Of a DNA stretch of 64,000 bases, positions 1 through 16,882 are shown one piece after another. Source of the stretch: Blastocystis sp. Blastoise (lineage: Eukaryota > Protista > Bigyra: Opalinata); contig JBBPEB010000014.1 in assembly GCA_039096225.1 (NCBI GenBank), forward strand, positions 1,116,001-1,180,000, read 5' to 3'. Positions within the stretch are counted from its first letter, which is position 1. Every line of letters begins with the position of its first letter. The notes beneath the pieces were generated by a model. That model did no database searches, was not told where the DNA came from, and worked only from the letters and a program-made list of their open reading frames with translations. The position numbers were made by a program, and so were the translations under genes.

Positions 1-140
1 CAGTAATCTTCTTAGGAAGAGGCCAAATATTTGCAGCAGTACTTAGTCTAAATAATAGAAAAGAAATAGTTAGGCTCCTAGATATTCATGAAGTCTACAT
101 ACACAACAAAAACACACAAGAAAACAGAAAATATTCTCAT
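1..140 (-). CDS. 5' end of a secreted protein, probably beta-hexosaminidase (GH20); runs off the window
   Basis: ATG at 140; after removing one GT-AG intron it reads MRIFSVFLCVFVVLSTAANIWPLPKKIT: signal peptide followed by an (I/L)WPLP motif typical of eukaryotic GH20 N-termini. Only about 28 aa are visible. Confidence 0.45.
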
Positions 141-1117
141 TTTAATAACAAAAAAAAAATGAAGATGAAACAAAGAAGAACAAAATTCCATACAGGAAAT
201 TTGTGTGACACACTCTCCTTTCAACAAGTAATGAACCAATTATATTTATTTATATTCTCCATAAGATAAAAAAATGACTATAAAAAAACCACGAATATCG
301 AATATCGCATTTTTTGTTTTCTTTTAGAAAATATATGAAATGGCATCCTAAAACTATATTCCATCATTTCGTCAGTGAATAAAAATACTATATATCAATA
401 GAGGAAATACATTATAGTGGTTTAAAAGCAATCGCATTGACATCTTACGTCGTTTGACCTCAAATTTGTTGGTAATACTCGAAATATCGACAAGTCTCAT
501 AAATCCTAATTGCTTTGCTGCTATCTATTGACTTAAGATTCACTTCATGGAATTATTGAGGCCTGATAAAAATTCTTTCTTTACATTCTTAAATCGAGTT
601 TCGATAAAAACAAAAGGGAGATACTCAGATATATGTATACGATTGATTATCTATATTTCTAACAAGAATAGTTAATAGTGTGACCTTTGATTCAATTTTG
701 TTACCCAAATTGACTTTTTTATGTATATAAATGCTGTAAAAAACAGGGATTATTAAAAGCACCACATATTAAGCCGTTATAAATAGCAAAAAAATAAAAA
801 ATGATCTCGTTTTTATTTTTTGTTCATTTGATATACGCTGTATAAATAGTTCGTGAGAAATAATTCATTTTTCGGATATTAACTTTTGAATATAACGTAA
901 CAGATCTTCTCATTTTAATAAATGAATAAATCAGCCATATTCAGCTTATAGCTGACTCTACAATTTGAATCATTTAAGTTGCTATCATACTCATGATTAT
1001 TTTCGCTTGTTATTAAAAAAATACTTTATTGTCTGGTTGGTTATATTCATTCAATAATTTTCTAATTTAATAGTATTGAAAACTATTGTTAAACATAGAA
1101 ATTCACCGAGTAATCAA

Positions 1118-4100
1118 ATGTCTGAAGAACAAATTAAACAATTACAAAAAACCATTTTTGATGCTTTAGATGGTTCAACAAGTATTTTTATTTTATACAA
1201 ATTAATACGAAACTGATATAGATACTCAGAATGAGTCATTGATGTGGCTACAACAATTTCAGTCGTCACCTGATACATGGGAGTTATGTATGCAATGCTT
1301 GGAAGTGACAGATCCATCATTGCTTAAAGTTGTCTTTGGTCTTTTAAAGATGTTTCAACAAAAAATCAAAACTCAATGGTTCAGTGCTGTATGTTATTTT
1401 ATTTATTTCGGTTTATAGATCATTGTATAGTCTACTCAAGTGAAGGAAAAACTTTTTCAATATTGTATGAATATCCTATGTTTGGTTGGAGAACGAAAAC
1501 TTGATTGTCCTTCTCTTCTTCTTGATGGATACAAAAGTATTGTTTCATATATGCTTATTCAAGTTTCAGACGATGAATATAAATCGTATTTTGGTATGTT
1601 TTAAAATACAAATATAATTAATATTTCCCCACCATTTTGATTATAATTTTATTATTATAATTCTAGATTTATTTTCTAATCTTTTGAATTCTGAATATGG
1701 AGTCAACATATATATTTCAATATATTCTTTATTCCCTATAAATTCAATGACCTTATTTGAAGATGGAAGTGATTGTATATATTATATTTAATAAAAAAAA
1801 AATATATATATATGTTATAATTATTATATATAGCAAGACTTCAAGGTGTGACGAATCGATTATTGCAGATGAAAGGTGTCTTATTAGATTTCTTACATTC
1901 TTTATGTACACAAATTAATATGAATAATCCAGGAAGCCGAGATCTCATTTTAGCCTTATTTGATTGTATTAATAATTGGGTCCATGACTCTAAATTTGAA
2001 ATAATTGGCAGATCGTATGATTAATTTTTATATATTCTTATTAAAATACTATTTTCTATATTTAACACAATACAATAATTCTATTTATGATCTATATAAT
2101 AATTCTATTTATGATCTATATATTATAATTCTCATTTATTAGTATTTACTGTATTCACTATTATATTCTTTCTACTTTATTAATATTAACTAATATATTA
2201 TTATAGATATGTTATAAGTATTGAGCAATTATCTTCATTATCATTATTTCCTTTTCTTTTGAATCTCTTCTCTCTTTCTCCTTCTTCACCTCTTTATGAT
2301 GATGTCTATATTATTACTGCTGCTAAAGTTATTTCAACACTTCTGGAAATCCATACACCAAATAATCCTGCTGCATTTATGACCGATATTCACGGGAAAA
2401 TCACATCGCAAGCTTTATTCCAAATAGCACAGAAATATACCGAAATTGTATATTTTTAGATATATTCATTTTATAATCCCTCATTTTTATTCATTTAAAA
2501 AAAATATTTTAATAATTTCATTTTTAATGATAATTCCTACTCAAATAGCAATTCATATATTCTTTTATTTCTATTTCTATTCATTTTTATATCTATCTCT
2601 TATTCTTCTTATTTCCTCTTTTTCCTTGTTTCTATAATCTTTTCATTCACTATAGTTCTCTACAATTAAAGACATGATATCGAATAATAATATCGAGTAT
2701 ATCCAAGCTGTATCTCAACCCTTAACTCTTATGTTTAAAGAACATTTCCATCTTTTTAATCTATCTCCATATATTAATGAACTCTCCGAAATCTATTTAT
2801 ATATATTAACTAATGCTGAATTACCTGCTTCTATCTTATATGAATATCTTTATTCTCTTGCAGAACTTATTACTTATTTCACAGAAAATGTGAAGATTCC
2901 CACGGTATTCCTTTCTATTCCTGAATCTTTGATTCCACGATTAGTGTTTTATTGTTCCGAAAATTATCTTCCTTCAGATGATCCTGAATATATTCACGTG
3001 CGTAATATTTGTCAAGATATATCTCTTTCATTTTCAGATGGTTTTGTTGGTTGTGAACGTATGAGTACTATACTTATTTCTATATTATTTAATTCTTCTA
3101 CGGATCTATCTTCTAAAGAAGCATGCCTTCATTTATATAAAGGTGTTATTGATGGAATCATGACTGTTATGACCGATATATTTGTAGAGAGTTATGAAGA
3201 AGATCCAAATAAACCTATAAAACCTATTAATACATGTATTGATAAAGATATTATTACTATCGTCAATAACTTAGATCAATTGAAAGGATCTGAAGATCTT
3301 TATACTACTACATTTAAAACTTTATTTATATTTACTGAATGGCTAAAATGTAGACCAGATATATGCTTATTTTTATTAAATTCTTTAATACAAGCAGTTT
3401 CTCAGCAATTATATATAAATAAGACAATACTCTTTTTAAAGCAATATATATCAGATCTAGGTTATATACAGACTTCTCAATATGAGCAATTACTATCGTT
3501 TTTAGTTCCTCTTCAGTCTACACTTCTTAATGAGCCTTATTCTACATATATATCTATTATGACCTTAACAGCTAGTAAAGTACAAGCATCTGAAGAAGCT
3601 ATTACATTCTATATACAAAAACTATTAGAATTATATATGAATCCTATTATTACATTTATAAATACTCCAAGAAATGAAATGGCTACTCAATCTCCAGAAG
3701 TTAATTCTGTTCTTATAAATATATTATACTTATCAGCAGCCTTAAAAGGAATTGATAATACAAATATGGTAAAAAACTTTATTATTTCTATATATCCTAT
3801 TATTGATTCTTTATACAATTCTATTCAATTTGAATCACTTTCTCTATATATATGCTCTTTTTATACTTCAGTCATTAGTAGCATAGCTTCTACTTCTATT
3901 CCTATGGATATTAATGTATCCATATATTCACGGTTAATGACAATTCTTCAACATTGTGAAATGACTCAAGATGTTTATAAAATTATATATGTATATATAA
4001 GTAATTATGGAGATACTTTAGATGAAAATGCTCTAGTTACTATGTATAATGCTATTATTAAGAAATTAGATGACTGTATTGAACATCAAAATATTGACAT

Positions 4101-4835
4101 TAGTATTTTTACTATTATATTTAATACATTCTATCATATATGTCTTCATCCTGCTTGTCCTCCTTCCTTTGTGTCTACACTTTATCCTTATATTATTAAA
4201 TGTCTTAATGATGATATGATTGAATATTATTTCCAAAAAAATATTCTCAAAATTATTTCTTATATTTTGATGGTATATATATATATAATTTATTATTATG
4301 ATTCTTATGATTTTGTTATTTGTAATATATATTATACATATTATTTGTAATATGTTTGAAGTTTATATTATAGTCAATATAAATATAATATATATTATAT
4401 ATCACACTATATACTATATCTATTATTATTCCCTTCTTTTTATAGAAAGATAAATTTCAAGATCCTCAACTTCATTTTGGTCATTTATTTAGTTTATTTG
4501 AACGTCTTTTTACTTTATCTCTCTCTCCTCTTCCTATTAAACTTCGAAAACTCTATATATCTTCGTTAAATGGTTATTTAATCACTTGTATTCCTCAACT
4601 AAAGAAATTATCTCATAAAGTAATATCTCAATTATTTAGAAATCCACCTTCTTCCTCACCTCTTAGTACATTACCTTCAGTATTAAGATCTTGCTTAAGT
4701 AAAGTATTTAGTAATAGTCAACTTAATAGTATCAAGTTTAAATCCATTATGGATGACTTATTCTTATGTATTAATAAAGAAATGCTACCCGATACATTTA
4801 TAAATAAAACATTATCTCAATTTGAAAAGAAATAA
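1118..4835 (+). CDS. Importin-beta/karyopherin family HEAT-repeat protein (transportin-3/importin-13-like), about 8 exons
   Basis: Spliced N-terminus MSEEQIKQLQKTIFDALDG...SLMWLQQFQSSPDTWELC resembles the IBN_N motif WLxxFQxSxxAW; long helical exon 2674-4272; last exon 4446-4835 ends ...QFEKK-TAA; GT-AG introns. Confidence 0.7.
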
Positions 4836-5861
4836 TATTAAAAGAGTCAGTTATATACATACTATTTAACTATATAAGAATATAGATTATATTATTAAGA
4901 TTTCTCTTTCTATTTATATCTATATTCTTATATATTCTTATAGATTCTATATACTTTTTTTATTGCTTTGTCATTTTCTTCTTATTATCATCATTTCTTT
5001 ATTTCCACAAGAATCACTGAATATACTTTTCATTTTTATTTCTTTTATCATCTTTGATATATTTTTCTTTTTTTACTGTTTCGTCTATGGTGGTATTCAT
5101 ATACTTTTTGTTTATAATATGTTCATTCTTGTAGTTATTTTGTTTTGATAGCTTTTAAAAACAATTTTTTTAAATATTCTTAATATATATATATTTATTT
5201 GGATTTATAACCATATATATAACAATATATATATATATTATGTTTTTTTAAAATAATACTCATTCAAGAAGACTCTTTTAAAACTGATACACTAATTTAT
5301 CATCAATTTTTTAATAAAAAGTATAGATGTTTCTCTCTTAATATGCTTTTGTTTCTATAAATATGCAAGTAATATATTAATAAACGATATATTTAAAATA
5401 ATTCTTGGTGAAATATGAAAATCATTTACTATTATGTAATATGATTCTCGATAACCATTCACAAAGTTAAAGATTGCATTATTTAAAAACATGAAAAACA
5501 AATCAAATATTTCTTTTCAAAAAAAAAATGAGCATCTCTGTAATTCAACACATTAGAACATGATGTCATATAATTCGTTGAGCTCAAAGAATAAATTATA
5601 GATCGCGTGACCTTTTTAAAGATTATTTTGTTGTTCATTTTTTTATCAGTTTTTAAAACAATTTTTTAGCGATAGTCTTTATTAAAACTGAGTATTGTTT
5701 TTATTATAAAGGAATTCTTAATATTTGTGTATGCTATTCAACTGCTTTTATTTTTATCATATTACAAATTGCGATGTTGATAGTATTCCTCTGTTTCTGG
5801 AACAATATCTTGAAAAGCAAATAAATGATTGGTTCAAGATGATGCATAGCTACCACTGTTG

Positions 5862-6001
5862 CAGGGTTCGCCACGAAGACTCTCTTGGAGTACAAATTTC
5901 CTAAAAGAGCCAGTTTCATGAGTACTTTTAGGGGCATAAGGCGTAGATAAAAACTCTCTTGGAGTACAGACCGTACTCAAAGTACAGTTTGGCGAACCCT
6001 G
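5862..6001. mobile_element. Non-autonomous hAT-superfamily MITE, 140 bp
   Basis: Perfect 12-bp terminal inverted repeats CAGGGTTCGCCA / TGGCGAACCCTG; perfect 8-bp target-site duplication CACTGTTG at 5854-5861 and 6002-6009; internal direct repeat ACTCTCTTGGAGTACA twice; GC-richer than its flanks. Confidence 0.88.
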
Positions 6002-6192
6002 CACTGTTGAATTGAGATTCAAGTTTCCCTGATCTTCACTTTTTTATCTTGAGATTATTTAAAAAAAAATCTTTTTTGTTCTTGTTTTTTTATTTTATAT
6101 AAGAAAGTAATTCTATTTATCTTCATAATTTTATATATTCAATTTGATTATTGTTTTTACGTGTCATCTATCTAGAGTTTTACAGTTAACAA

Positions 6193-10678
<4,486 letters not shown>

Positions 10679-10964
10679 AGAATATAAAGTCTATTTTAGC
10701 ATATGATAATGTGATTTAATTATTGCAGCTATATATTTAATTTGTCTAAAGGTTTATTAGAAAGATTTCTTTAACCTTATTCTTTTGTTTAGTTAATATA
10801 TGCATACTCTAATTACATAGAAAAATATGATGTAATAATAAATATCTTCTTCATATATATTTACATATGAAAACATTAATAAACAAAAAGTCTTTAAACA
10901 GGAGCAATATAATACTGAAAAAGTGAAAATGAAAAAAAAAAAATGAAACTAATATTTTTAATAT

Positions 10965-11887
10965 TTAATTTTTCTTGGTAACAGTAGATATTAATGATTC
11001 ATAAATATTTTGAAGAGACGGATCAATTGTTTCTTTCTCATTATTCATAATTAAATAACAACCTTCTAACATTTCTATATAATAATCATGCAACACTTTA
11101 TCAGCAGTATTCAGAATAGACTGAATATAAGAGTTATTGAAGAATGGTAATAATGATATTAATAATGACGAAGGAAAAGGATAAGAAAGTTGCGATAGGA
11201 AATTAAGCATAAATTCTTTTATAACAGAGCCATCTGTTTTAGAGAGAAGAGGGGTCCATTCAGATAGAATTATAGGTAAATAACCATCAAATGAGAATTG
11301 AACAAGTGTACTCACAATTTTGGAATATAAGGAAGTTTTATCGGATACTGTTATCTATATAATAGTTATAGTAATATTTATCATAAATAGAAAAAGATTA
11401 ATAAAGAATACTAATGATGATAACAACTAATAACAATAATTATAATAATAATACTCTATATATATACAGGAAGTGAAGAAGAAAGAAGTTGAATATATAA
11501 TTGAATAACAGTTTTAACTTGAGATTCTTTGGCTGTTGACAAAGATGTAATAATCACGGGGAGAATAGAAATATATTTAAATAAAGATGTATAATGATCT
11601 GGATCCACAATATAATGAATAGTAATAATAAGAGCATCAAATAACAATGATTCCTGAATAAACTTTGAATAAGTATTGATATCCGACCATTGTGTTCTAA
11701 TTTGTGTTCCACTCTCTATGGATAATAACTCCTGTAATTCTTGAATAGAGTTATAAATAGGTGAAGAAGTTAGTTGCTGTTCTATATTGAAATAATAATA
11801 AAGATAAAAAAAAATGAAATGAAGTGAAATGAAGTATTATTAATGATATAAATGATATAATATATATTATAAATGATATAAATGATA

Positions 11888-11958
<71 letters not shown>

Positions 11959-12518
11959 AATAACATAAAATAAATAAAATAACATAAAATAACATAAAAT
12001 AAATAAATAAATAAATATACTTAAATCTTGAGTATATCCGCATATACATATATGAAGAAGTGAATCGTTTCTCATTTTATCTTGAGAAGGAGAGGTAGAC
12101 GTAAGTAGATAGTATAGTGTTTTATGTATAAATAGAGGATGAGAGAGAGGAAGGATAGATAATGATGGATTCGATATATAGAGAGATAAGAGCAGACGAT
12201 ATAGACTGATATTTTGATCACTAGATAGAAATATATATAGAGTATATATATATAGTCATCTTTAGGGGGATATAAACAATTTATGAATATATATAGAATT
12301 AAAAACACTGGATGATGTGATATATATATATATATAATTTGAATATAGTAATAAAAAGAGAATATTTATTACAATAAAAAGAAGTTCACTAGTGAGAGAA
12401 TACAATAAACATATATATATATATATACATATTATTAAGTAATGTTGATATATAGGATAATGCAACTTTATATTCGTTTGAAGGATTTGGGTAATATAAT
12501 GTACCAGTATATAAGACA

Positions 12519-12568
<50 letters not shown>

Positions 12569-13851
12569 GAGAATAGGTGAATTGAGTAGCTGTGTGGGTT
12601 TCTATTTCTTGCTGAATATATTTTAAGAACAATGCTGATGAAGGATCCACTGAAGGAATAAGATTTCTGATAAATGATTGGATAATAAGATATTGAACGG
12701 ATGACGCACTTCCATCTTCTACAATTTGATTGACTAAAGAGGATCTCTGTTCCGCAGGGGTATCCAACAACTGAAATATATATATGATATTTAGATTATT
12801 GTATAAGTAGTTTAAAATAAATAAATAAAATAAATAAATAAATAAATAAAAATAAATAAATAAAATAAATACAACAAAATAAAAATTAATAAATAAAATA
12901 AATAAAATAAATAAATAAATAAATAAATAAAAATTAATAAAATAAATAAAATAAATAAAATAAATAAAATAAATAAATAAATAAGCAATAATAATAAATA
13001 AATAAACAAATAAAATAAATACAACAAAATATAAAAAAAATAAATAAGCATACACTTTCAATTCGATGAGTAATAATTTGATTATAAATAGATAATGACG
13101 TATTTATACAGTTCATCTGTTTAATATCATCATATTCTCCTTTTTGAATAAGATAATTATAACATATATCATATATTCCTATTTTCTGTTTTCCTATCCA
13201 TTGATCACAACAATTCAATAAGGCATCTCGACATTCCTTGTGAGTAATTAAACGTATAAACCACGAAGGGACAGTTTTGGAATGACAGAGAAAATGATCA
13301 AAAAGATCAGGATTAAAACGAGTTTCTAACTATATATATTATATTAAATAATATATATAATATTTACTGCTTGTATAATAAATTTCCAACTTTCATCTTT
13401 TAATGATTGTTCAAGAGAATTTTTACCTTTATTTATATAGATAATTATATATTTTACTTTGAACGTATATATATATATACTATCAAGATCAGGTTGTAGT
13501 GATAATAAAGAGTCAAAAACCATGTTTAACATAGGAATTCTTCCAACATAACTAAAAAAAGAGGAAACATCATTAGTTAGAAAATATTCAATAGTTAAAT
13601 AGAAAGTTATTTACTTTTTGAATATAGAATCGGCGATCTCCTCTGCAGAAATATTTTCATTTAGTGATTCTTTGATAGATTTTAGAAGATTTGGCTAAAA
13701 AGAATTTTTTATGAAATGCAAAAAATAATTATACATTAAGAATAGAATCTTCTTCCTGAATAACTCTCTTTATTCGTGATTCATCTTCAGAAGCTTTTCG
13801 TTTATGATCAGAATCCATATCATTATTTTCTGATTTTATGTTTGCGTCCAT
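10965..13851 (-). CDS. NELFCD: Negative elongation factor C/D (TH1-like) homologue, multi-exon
   Basis: Segments resembling TH1 family: NYVGRIPMLNMVFDSL, RFNPDLFDHF...VPSWFIRLITHKECRD, C-terminal GYLPIIL...TDGSVIKEFMLNFLSQLSYPFPSSLLISLLP. Exon structure at 12220-12430 is uncertain. Confidence 0.7.
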
Positions 13852-14083
13852 ATTTGAGATAAATAGAACAAAATAAAGAAAGCTAATAGACTTTGATAGA
13901 TTTTATTTCTTTTCTTTTGTTTTTAGAAACATGATTATTCTAAAAACCTTACTATAATACCATAAATAATTACGATTTTTATAATTCAAAATTATTTGTT
14001 TTGATCTGTTTTTGTCGTAAATAAAAAGTATTATTCAATATCTCTTATTTTACAATTGATAAAAATGTGTTTACTGTCTAGTC

Positions 14084-15238
14084 ATGGCAAAAAAGACTTC
14101 AGAAAAGGCAAAGTTGAAGAAAGAATTAAGAAAACAGTATTATTATTCTTTGATTTATATATAGATTAACAAGTAATATCGTTTATAATATAGACTACAG
14201 GAAGAACAATTGAGAAAACAAAATATTGTTAATGAAGCTACTGCTCGTGTTGATATTCTGGACGGATTAACTCCCCTAACAAAATTTACAATTAACAATG
14301 AGTCCTATGAAGTTAAATTTTTCACAAGAGACTCTATTCCTTCAGATGTACTTGATACCGTATTTGACTTAACAAAAACAAATATGAAATCTTCTTATGA
14401 AGCTTGTGATTGGGGTTGGAAAGATGGACAAAAATGTATATATAAGAAATTATTTGTTTCTATATTATTATGATTCTTCTATTTCTTAGGGAGTGAATTT
14501 GTTGATAATACAGCAAGATTTTTAGTTGTATGGATGCTTATTAATCTTATTTTATATATTCCATGTATTATAGTTATATAATAATGATAAAATAGCAGGA
14601 TTTGTTCATTTCCGTTTCATGGTAGACGAAGGATTTGAAGTTATTTATATGTATATAATAATAATTAGTTATACTAAATGTAATAATAACAATAAAATTA
14701 ATAATAATAAAAATACAATCATAACTGTTTATTACATATAATTTATATATTTATTATAATATATAGATATGAGATTCAAATAGATAAATCTTATCAGAGT
14801 AGAGGATTAGGTGCTAAATTAATTCGCTTAATCGAATTTATTGGTATGAAAAATCATATGCAATTCTCTGCTCTTACTTGTTTTAAAGTATATATATATA
14901 TATATATATTGTTCTTAATACTACTTTTCTACTATATACATTTATATAGCATAATCCCAAAGCGTATCGTTTTTATACAATTAAAATGGGGTATATATTT
15001 TTATAGTCATTTAGTTATTTATCATATTTATTATATATATTAATAGATATGTAATCGATGCTCAGTCACCTAGTAAATTTGATATTGATGTATATATATT
15101 TCGATAATTTTAAAATCAAAACTAGTTATTTATTATTATTAATATTCTTATAAGCTTAATCTATACTATTATCTATAGGAATGTTATGAGATATTATCTA
15201 AATGTATCGATCCTCATCTCGTTCCTCCTACTCGATAA
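14084..15238 (+). CDS. NAA40: N-alpha-acetyltransferase 40 (NatD), GNAT family, 8 exons
   Basis: FDLTKTNMKSSYEACDWGW, GFVHFRF, YIYEIQID..QSRGLG, LTCFKHNPKAYRFY, SP...YEILSK; all GT-AG introns in frame. Confidence 0.87.
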
Positions 15239-15382
15239 ATATTAATATATACATTAGGAAATACTTTTACTTAAATATTAGTTTCGTTATTGGAAATTAT
15301 TTTATATTGTGAATCTATATTAAATAAATAATTTTTATAAAATTGTTTTTCACATATGTGAATAAAATAAATAAAAAAGAAG

Positions 15383-15455
15383 CGCCCACCGGGGGGCTCG
15401 AACCCCCGACCACCAGGTTAAGAGCCTGGCGCTCTACCGACTGAGCTAGACGGGC
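15383..15455 (-). tRNA. tRNA-Lys(CTT)
   Basis: GCCCGTCTAGCTCAGTCGGTAGAGCG-CCAGG-CT-CTT-AA-CCTGG-TGGTC-GGGGGTTCGAGCCCCC-CGGTGGGCG cloverleaf, followed by a T-run (Pol III terminator). Confidence 0.97.
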
Positions 15456-15656
15456 TTTATATTTATTTTTCAAAAGTGGCCTAGTTGAAAATATAATTAT
15501 AATTATCATACATTTATTACGTTTTATCGTACTATAGTTCTTATCATTCATAAAAATTGTTATATAAGTAAGAAACTAAATATTTTAAAATATAGAATCT
15601 ATTAATTTAATAATTAAAACGATGTACAAATAATAAGAATAATAAGCAAGAAATAA

Positions 15657-16198
15657 TTATGTTTTTTTGGATTTCTTTGATGATTTTGTGAGTTCACTTT
15701 GTCTCTTTTCAAGTTGAGCCTTTTTGTCTAACTTCATTTGTTGTAATCTCTATAGGTGAAAAATTAAATGTAGAATAAATAAGAAAACAATAAAAATAGA
15801 TAATAAAATACTTCATATTGTTTTTTGGATTCTTTTTCTTCAAAAATACCATGTTCGACACACCACTTTAAGGCCATAAAGCTATCCGGATTTTGTTGAT
15901 TTAATGATTCATAAAAGACACGATCACCTTGACCCTAGATAGACAGTTGAATCAATTATGATGTTCTTTTTAAAAGAAAGGAATTGAACAAAATATGTAT
16001 ATATAACATAAATACAGGAGATGGTGTAGGTCTAGTTTGACCCATTTTCTTAGCAGTATAAATTTCTTTTAGGAAAGCTTCTTCTTCACTATCTACTTCT
16101 TCTTTGATTTCTGACTTTACTTTTATATCTCCCTCAAGTTTAACAGAAGTTTGAGTTGGTTTTTTCTCTTGTTTAACAGTAGTTGATGATGTTGTCAT
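15657..16198 (-). CDS. Small conserved uncharacterised K/E-rich protein, 3 coding exons
   Basis: Spliced GQTRPTPSPGQGDRVFYESLNQQNPDSFMALKWCVEHG resembles an unnamed family seen in plants and protists; probable 5'UTR intron near 16231-16265. Confidence 0.72.
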
Positions 16199-16882
16199 TG
16201 TTTTCTTTGCTTTCTCTAATGAAATCTTATCTAAAAGATATAATCAAGTGCATTCATAAACATACTTGTATCTTCTGAACTTATCTGAATAGGTTTTATT
16301 CAAAACAAGAATTACAATTTGTTCTTCGATTCAAATGGGTATTTAAAATATTCAGACCAAAAAAATATTATTAAGATAATGTCTGAAAACAGTTTAGCTT
16401 GTTTTGTTTGATTTGATTTTTCTTGCTAAAACTAGATTGGTTTTGATGTTTAGTATGATATAAAAGTAACAGACCAATGTGAATATTATTCGTACATGGT
16501 TGTGTGATTATTCTGTGATTATGAAATGTCATTAGTTCACATTATGTATCTCTTTTCTGTTATTTAGATCTCTGTGAATATACCCAAAGAATGCTAAGTG
16601 TGAATCTATATGAATTTTCATGATCAAAGAGCTCTTCTCTGTGAACTATCAGGAATCATGCTATTTTATTGATTTTTGTGTTTTAAATATGGAATATGGA
16701 TACAAAAGGCGATATTAAATGAAATAAAAAAGAACGAGTTATTTTAAGAGGAATTTTATTCAAAAATAAGATAGTCAAAATGAAAGCATATAAAAGAAAC
16801 GTTAATACGTGCGAAACTGAAAGGAAAAATGGAAAAATAGAAAAGAGGATGATATTTAAATAGAATAACTGAAAAGAATAAT

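Noticed and set aside
294-489. AATATCG repeated in upstream regions (also at 19042 and 19099)
   Set aside because: A 7-mer of this composition is expected many times by chance in 64 kb of AT-rich DNA.
5734-6022. Short ORFs over the MITE and antisense ORFs over the cathepsin, MORN, SH3 and TLDc genes
   Set aside because: Shadow ORFs of real features; no transposase or other domain.
12220-12430. Possible non-canonical donor (CTATATAT) in the TH1 gene
   Set aside because: An all-GT-AG solution also exists; it cannot be resolved without transcripts.
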